A DNA stretch of 64,000 nt from an uncultured Chloroflexia bacterium (GTDB lineage: Bacteria > Chloroflexota > Chloroflexia > QHBQ01 > JADMIH01): the NCBI GenBank assembly GCA_963797095.1, contig CAWCNY010000002.1, forward strand, positions 704,001-768,000, in the 5' to 3' direction. A program made the translations under genes and the position numbers. How positions within the stretch are numbered: position 1 is the first letter of the stretch; each line of letters begins with the position of its first letter. The notes under the pieces are model-generated. The model did not search any database, was not told the DNA's origin, and saw nothing but the letters and a program-made list of their open reading frames with translations. This document shows, piece after piece, positions 59,293 to 64,000 of this stretch.

Positions 59293-59634
59293 ATGGCCAA
59301 GAAACTTTACGTCGGGAACCTACCCTATAACACCTCGGAAGACGACTTGCGCGACCTCTTCTCACCCATCGGTGAGATCTCGGACATCGCTGTAATCACC
59401 GACCGCTATACCGGCCAGTCCAAAGGCTTCGGCTTCGTCGAAATGCCTTCCGATGAAGCAGCCGACGACGCTATCTCTCGCCTCAACGGCTACACTATCG
59501 GCACTCGCCAGATCGTAGTCAACGAGGCACGCCCACGCGAGGAGCGCTCAGGTGGTGGCGGACGTGGTGGCTACGGTCGCCGCGATAATGACCGTGGCGG
59601 CGGTGGCGGTGGCGGTGGCCGCGGACGCTATTAA
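59293..59634 (+). CDS. RRM RNA-binding protein with Gly-rich tail
   Basis: KLYVGNL (RNP2), KGFGFVEM (RNP1), VNEARPRE; AGGAGG RBS. Confidence 0.96.
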   Translation: MAKKLYVGNLPYNTSEDDLRDLFSPIGEISDIAVITDRYTGQSKGFGFVEMPSDEAADDAISRLNGYTIGTRQIVVNEARPREERSGGGGRGGYGRRDNDRGGGGGGGGRGRY

Positions 59635-59704
59635 TCACCAACACCACACCACACCACGCACACCTACGCGCCAACCCTGGCGCTCATAACCCTACCTCGC
59701 CGCA

Positions 59705-59739
59705 AAACGAGAGGTAAGCCCTCAACTTACCTCTCGTTT
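59705..59739 (+). terminator. Probable intrinsic terminator
   Basis: AAACGAGAGGTAAG-N7-CTTACCTCTCGTTT. Confidence 0.7.
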
Positions 59740-59832
59740 CACAGCATCCGTACCCCTATTCCTATTCCTATTCATATTCCTATTCCCTCGTCCCATCTAG
59801 CATCCCGCACCGGCATCATCTCGGAGGCTTTT

Positions 59833-60114
59833 ATGTCCAACGAATTGTCCCTCAGTAAAATCGAAAGCAACTGCAACCAGCTCCTCAACTCCCCATACCT
59901 TCAAAAAGAGGTCCCGACCGAGCTAAAGAACCTGCGCACCGTCCTCGAAAAAGTGAGCACCCTCGTTCGCGACGATGTCCCCTCTCTTCTCAGCGAAATC
60001 CGCCACCTCCGCAGCCAGAACCGCAAGCTCGAAGCCGAGCTTGAATCCCTGCGTTCTAACCCTTTCCCCACGGAAGCCCCCGAAGAACCCCAACCCACCT
60101 CCCCAATCCCCTGA
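59833..60114 (+). CDS. Small coiled-coil hypothetical protein
   Basis: GGAGG RBS; heptad pattern LLSEIRHLRSQNRKLEAELESL. Confidence 0.7.
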   Translation: MSNELSLSKIESNCNQLLNSPYLQKEVPTELKNLRTVLEKVSTLVRDDVPSLLSEIRHLRSQNRKLEAELESLRSNPFPTEAPEEPQPTSPIP

Positions 60115-60187
60115 ACAACCCTGACCACCAACAGGTAAGCACCACGCAGCACTCAATATTCCAAAATCCGCAATCCAAAATCCAAAA

Positions 60188-60742
60188 TCAGATCAGCTTC
60201 CCCATAATCACCGAATCCATCCACCTCCCAAACTTCCACCACGACTGCCTCCTCACCCCCTCCACCTCAAACCCCAGCTCCTCGTACAACTTCTGCGCCC
60301 TCACATTCTCCCCCAATACCTCCAACTGCACCCTTTTCACCACCCCACTTGCGCGCGCCCACTCAAGCGCCGCCTCCATCATCCTTCGCCCGATCCCCTG
60401 CCCCCTCCACCCCTCCTTAATACTGACCCCCAGCGAAGTCTCGTGCCTCGACCCCCTTCTCCCTCCACCCGTACAATTCAACAGCCCCACCATCTCCCCA
60501 TCGTCCAGATCCCTCTCCCCCTCCCCCACGTCCTCGTTCACCGCCAATAAGATCACCGAGTTATCCGACCTGGCGTGCTTCTCCACCCAATCCACCTCCG
60601 ACTCGATAGGCGGGTCGAACTCCCCAGGGTCAAACCCGATATACAGCCCCGGCTCGTCCACCAGCCGCTTCATGTAATAGTAAATCCCCTCAACATCCCC
60701 AACCCCCGCTTCCCGTATTATCACACCCATCCAACCCTCCAA
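60188..60742 (-). CDS. GNAT N-acetyltransferase
   Basis: LGVSIKEGWRGQGIG, N.RAQKLYEELGF. Confidence 0.9.
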   Translation of the reverse strand: MEGWMGVIIREAGVGDVEGIYYYMKRLVDEPGLYIGFDPGEFDPPIESEVDWVEKHARSDNSVILLAVNEDVGEGERDLDDGEMVGLLNCTGGGRRGSRHETSLGVSIKEGWRGQGIGRRMMEAALEWARASGVVKRVQLEVLGENVRAQKLYEELGFEVEGVRRQSWWKFGRWMDSVIMGKLI

Positions 60743-60813
60743 TCCCCAACGCGCACCGCGACAACAAAAATAATACGCAATACGCAGTAAGCACTTCCTC
60801 CCCAGAGTAGAGT

Positions 60814-60859
60814 TAGAGAGCGGGATGCGGAACCTGATTCCTCCACATCCCGCTCTCTA
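60814..60859 (-). terminator. Hairpin immediately downstream of the GYD gene
   Basis: TAGAGAGCGGGATG / CATCCCGCTCTCTA 14-bp stem. Confidence 0.55.
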
Positions 60860-60861
60860 CA

Positions 60862-61155
60862 TCAACCTATCTTCCCAAGAATAGCCGTCATCTCATCCGC
60901 CGAGAACGCACGCAGCGTCTGGCTTCGGATATTGCCGTCCATCGCCAGGGCCAGCAAGTACGCTGTCAAGCTCTCCTCATCCGGGAACTCTGTGGTAACC
61001 ACCAGGTCATAAGCTCCTTGCGTCCACATGATGCTCGTCATGCGCCCTCCCATCCGCTCCGCCAAGCTGCCCGCTGCTTCCGCCCGCTTCACCGTATCCT
61101 TTACGTTCTTGACCCCTTGCTCCGTCCAGTTGATCAAACTTACAGATGTAATCAT
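60862..61155 (-). CDS. GYD domain protein
   Basis: NWTEQGVKNVKD..WTQGAYDLV..GNIRSQTLRAF; AGGAGG RBS. Confidence 0.9.
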   Translation of the reverse strand: MITSVSLINWTEQGVKNVKDTVKRAEAAGSLAERMGGRMTSIMWTQGAYDLVVTTEFPDEESLTAYLLALAMDGNIRSQTLRAFSADEMTAILGKIG

Positions 61156-61553
61156 TTTCTTACCTCCTATAATCTATAGCCCACGCGTATTACGTTCCAT
61201 CTCATGCGCCTTCTCCCGGAGATGCCAATACCCCCGCCTCCAATAAAGAGAGCCTGCTTACGCGCAGGCTTATCCAACCGAAGGCATATCAAAAAGGGCC
61301 TGTGTCACCCCTATAGAGGATCTCACTATAGCACCGCACCCCCGCCCTGTCAACGGCCAAAACCGCCGCTTCTCAGCCCTATCTTTACACGCCTGTGAGG
61401 GCGCAATCCCGCCCTTATCTCTCCTTGAAACTTGATATGTGAGCACAAAGGATGAAGGATGTCAGAATAGGTATCGTGCGCTATGCATAACCGGCACCTG
61501 TTATGTGACAGTCCGGTATGGAGCGAAGCACAGCAGCCTGCAGGAGACTATCT

Positions 61554-61934
61554 ATGATGACCAGGATCATCAAGTCGCACAACGAACTGAATGGCATTAA
61601 GTTCAGCGTGGCCGAGTTCGCTCTAATCGCGCTGGTGATAGGCCCATTTGGTGTCTATTACCTCCTCAATGCGCAGCTAGTCTATGGCCTGATTGCAGCC
61701 GGAATTGTGTTCAACTGCCTTACTGTGGTCGCCTTTGGCGTAAGTGCCTGGCGGTCCAACCAGGCAGGTAGCGGGCTTAAGAGCCTTATGTCCCGCGAGG
61801 CAAGGGACCGTCTCAAGCGTGAACACCCCGATATGATGCGCGAGACAATCATTTTGACACTCAGCATAATCCTGCCTTTTGTTCTCCTCGCCATAGTCCT
61901 GTACGAGCAATTGACCGCCCGCCGCGCTCGCTAA
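61554..61934 (+). CDS. Small three-TM membrane protein
   Basis: AGGAG RBS before the ATG at 61554; three hydrophobic helices. Confidence 0.7.
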   Translation: MMTRIIKSHNELNGIKFSVAEFALIALVIGPFGVYYLLNAQLVYGLIAAGIVFNCLTVVAFGVSAWRSNQAGSGLKSLMSREARDRLKREHPDMMRETIILTLSIILPFVLLAIVLYEQLTARRAR

Positions 61935-63601
61935 AGCCCCTCTGCGCCCGCAATCCAGCGCGGAATGCGCATAGTACGCAGCACCGACCAACTCCTGCGT
62001 AAGTTGCCTGTACCCTCCACAATCGCTATCTCCTCCTCCGTCAACCCGCACAACTGGTACACAAGCTGATCTATCTCTCTGTCCGTCGCGGCTATCTGCG
62101 CCTCCAAAAACCGCTTGTCCTGCGGTATCCTTACCTCTCCAAGCCGCCTGTGCAACTCCAACATCCGCTCAACTAGCCTTACCATCCTGTCGTGCTTCTC
62201 TTTGTCCTTTGGGTCGTTGAAGTCTATCGTGCGGATTGGCAACTGATAAAGTCTGGCAAGTTTGACTTGAGCAAAGACCCGTCCTGCTTCTTGCACCAAG
62301 TTGTGGAGAACCACTTCACATAAGCTGAATTAAGCAGGCCGAGAAGATACTCGAGTCTGTAGTTAGAAGCAGAGGTCGGTAAGATAGCAATGATGCTTCT
62401 CCCAAACCATACCCCTCTATAGTCAATCGTCGCAATAACATGATCAGCAGTCTGTCTTATCCTGCACCGTTATGCCGCCACTGGCCTCCTTGACGATCAC
62501 CTTGCCGAGGAATTGCTCGTAAACCTGTCCTAAAATCTCCACCGGGATCACATCGAACCTGTAAGGGAAAGGAGGGTAGAGGGCCTTGATGATCCTCGCC
62601 AACAAATCATCATCAACAGATAAGCCAGGCGTAAAGGTATCTTCGTCTTCGTGCCTGCCCCTTTCCCGGCTGAAATGGAACAACCCTGAGTTGTACTTTT
62701 TGTCGGCCTTCTTGACCATCTCGACCAGGGCGCGGTAGACATAGCCATCCGGCACCTGGCCGCCGTCGCCCGTCCGGCCCCTGACTGTTGTGCCAAGCAG
62801 CGACTCCCACCGCTCGATCCCCGGGTCCTCGCAAATCCTCAAGAAGATGACCGGTTGATGGTCATTTGCACAGCGTAGTTAAGCTCTCTCTGGCTCAGGC
62901 CGCCGTTGCGCCTGTTGATATCCTTCGCAAGCTCCGCTCTCCAGCCCGAAATCTCCTTCAGGAATACAGCATCAACGGTTTGCGACCCGCCCCTGGGCTT
63001 TGTTTCGGCCAGGCGCGCCAGCGAGCCGGCTTCAACGGCATCTCTGCTCAGCAGCCCCGCGATCTCTCCCACTCTTCGTCATACTGGTCGTATTTGTAGT
63101 AGTGCAAGCGGGCTTTGGCTATGGGGTCGCCATCAGAGGGTTGCACTGTGCAATCGTAGATGGCAAACTCTTGAAAATCGGTGAGGACGCTCACCGCCAG
63201 CCCTGCCGACCAGCCGTAAGACCTGACCTGATAGGCGTGCGCGCCGCTCAATTCCATCGGCTCGGCAGGCTTTTGGCCTCTACGAAGAACTGGCGCTTGC
63301 CGCCGAGCCTGAACGAGTAATCGGGCCTTTTGCCTTTCAGCCTTAGATCGCTCAGGTTATCATCCTCCCTGAGTGTGTCTTCCAGCACCACCTCGTCGTG
63401 CAATTCCCCGGCCCGTCTGCCAGCCGTGACCTCCCACCCAAGCGCCTCAAAGAGCTTGTTGATGAACTGCTCACGCGTGGTAAGCTCGTTCATGCCACGC
63501 ATACCGGCACGCGTGAACTCGCCCTCGCGCTCGCTGAACTCTTGCCCTAGATCAAGGACTGTCTGCGGCGCTCCCATAGGTGCATTCTCCCTTTCATGCA
63601 A
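61931..63601 (-). pseudogene. Fragmented type IIG (Eco57I/TaqI-like) restriction-modification gene
   Basis: INKLFEALGW..RPDY..FFVEAK; QVRSYGWSA..LTDFQEFAIYD; KYNSGLFHF..VEILGQVYEQFLGKVI; then IRQTAD..YLLGLLNS and DREIDQLVYQLCGLTEEEIAIVE. At least four frame breaks; MTase core absent. Confidence 0.88.
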
Positions 63602-63814
63602 TAAAGTCGCCCATTACAAGGCACAATGTAAACCCCAGCTTAATATAAGGTGTGTCGGGTGTCAACACCCGCTTCACCCATCCCTCCATCTTCCAAAACC
63701 CCAAAAGACCATTCGTGCCCTTCGCCAACTCTTCGTATCTTCGTGTACAAGAAAACCCAACTACCCAATCCAAAATCCAAAATCCAAAATCAAAGGACCC
63801 TCACCATACCAACC

Positions 63815-63999
63815 TACACCAACCTCGACGAAGAAATAGCCAGCCTGCGCCACACCATCCGCCGCACCAACCGCGCCATGCGCCGCAACGATATCGATCC
63901 CGTCAAAGCAGGCCGCCTCATAGCACGCGCCACCACAGCCCTCATCGCCCTACTAAACCTCCAACGCTCCATCGAAGCCGACGAAGAGTTCAAATCCAC
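63815..63999 (+). CDS. Possible helical hypothetical protein fragment running off the window
   Basis: Open frame with host codon bias: TNLDEEIASLRHTIRRTNRAMRRNDIDPVKAGRLIARATTALIALL; no start identified. Confidence 0.35.
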
Positions 64000-64000
64000 A

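Overview
Bacterial chromosomal segment, most likely from a Chloroflexota (Chloroflexia-like) organism. This is inferred from the Cys-containing SLH repeats, F420-type enzymes and RRM protein. The window has three parts. (1) Host DNA at 1-~6.3 kb: an SLH/BNR surface protein, a LuxR-NTPase regulator and a collapsed peptide-ABC (opp/dpp) operon. (2) A ~27 kb decaying accessory island at ~6.33-33.3 kb: a group II intron with frameshifted RT, tyrosine recombinase and transposon-ATPase relics, ECF42 and ECF41 sigma modules with visible promoters, TetR/MarR operators, ABC exporters, a two-component system, a complete IS1182-like element, an unusual 2.7 kb HTH+DDE element with 18-bp TIRs and a truncated DUF1016 gene. 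(3) Host DNA at 33.3-64 kb with extreme C-on-plus strand skew: mutS, a TA pair, hsp20 with CIRCE, an AIM24 pair, hydrolases and a deleted type IIG R-M relic. The most unusual signals are non-coding. One is a dispersed GNA-loop hairpin/REP element, one copy of which has a 123-bp MITE inserted exactly in a hairpin loop. The other is a strand-oriented family of 7-bp tandem repeats that begin at stop codons and have also entered core proteins such as MutS in frame. No CRISPR array, tRNA or rRNA was seen. All family calls come from motif recognition by eye; no database search was run.
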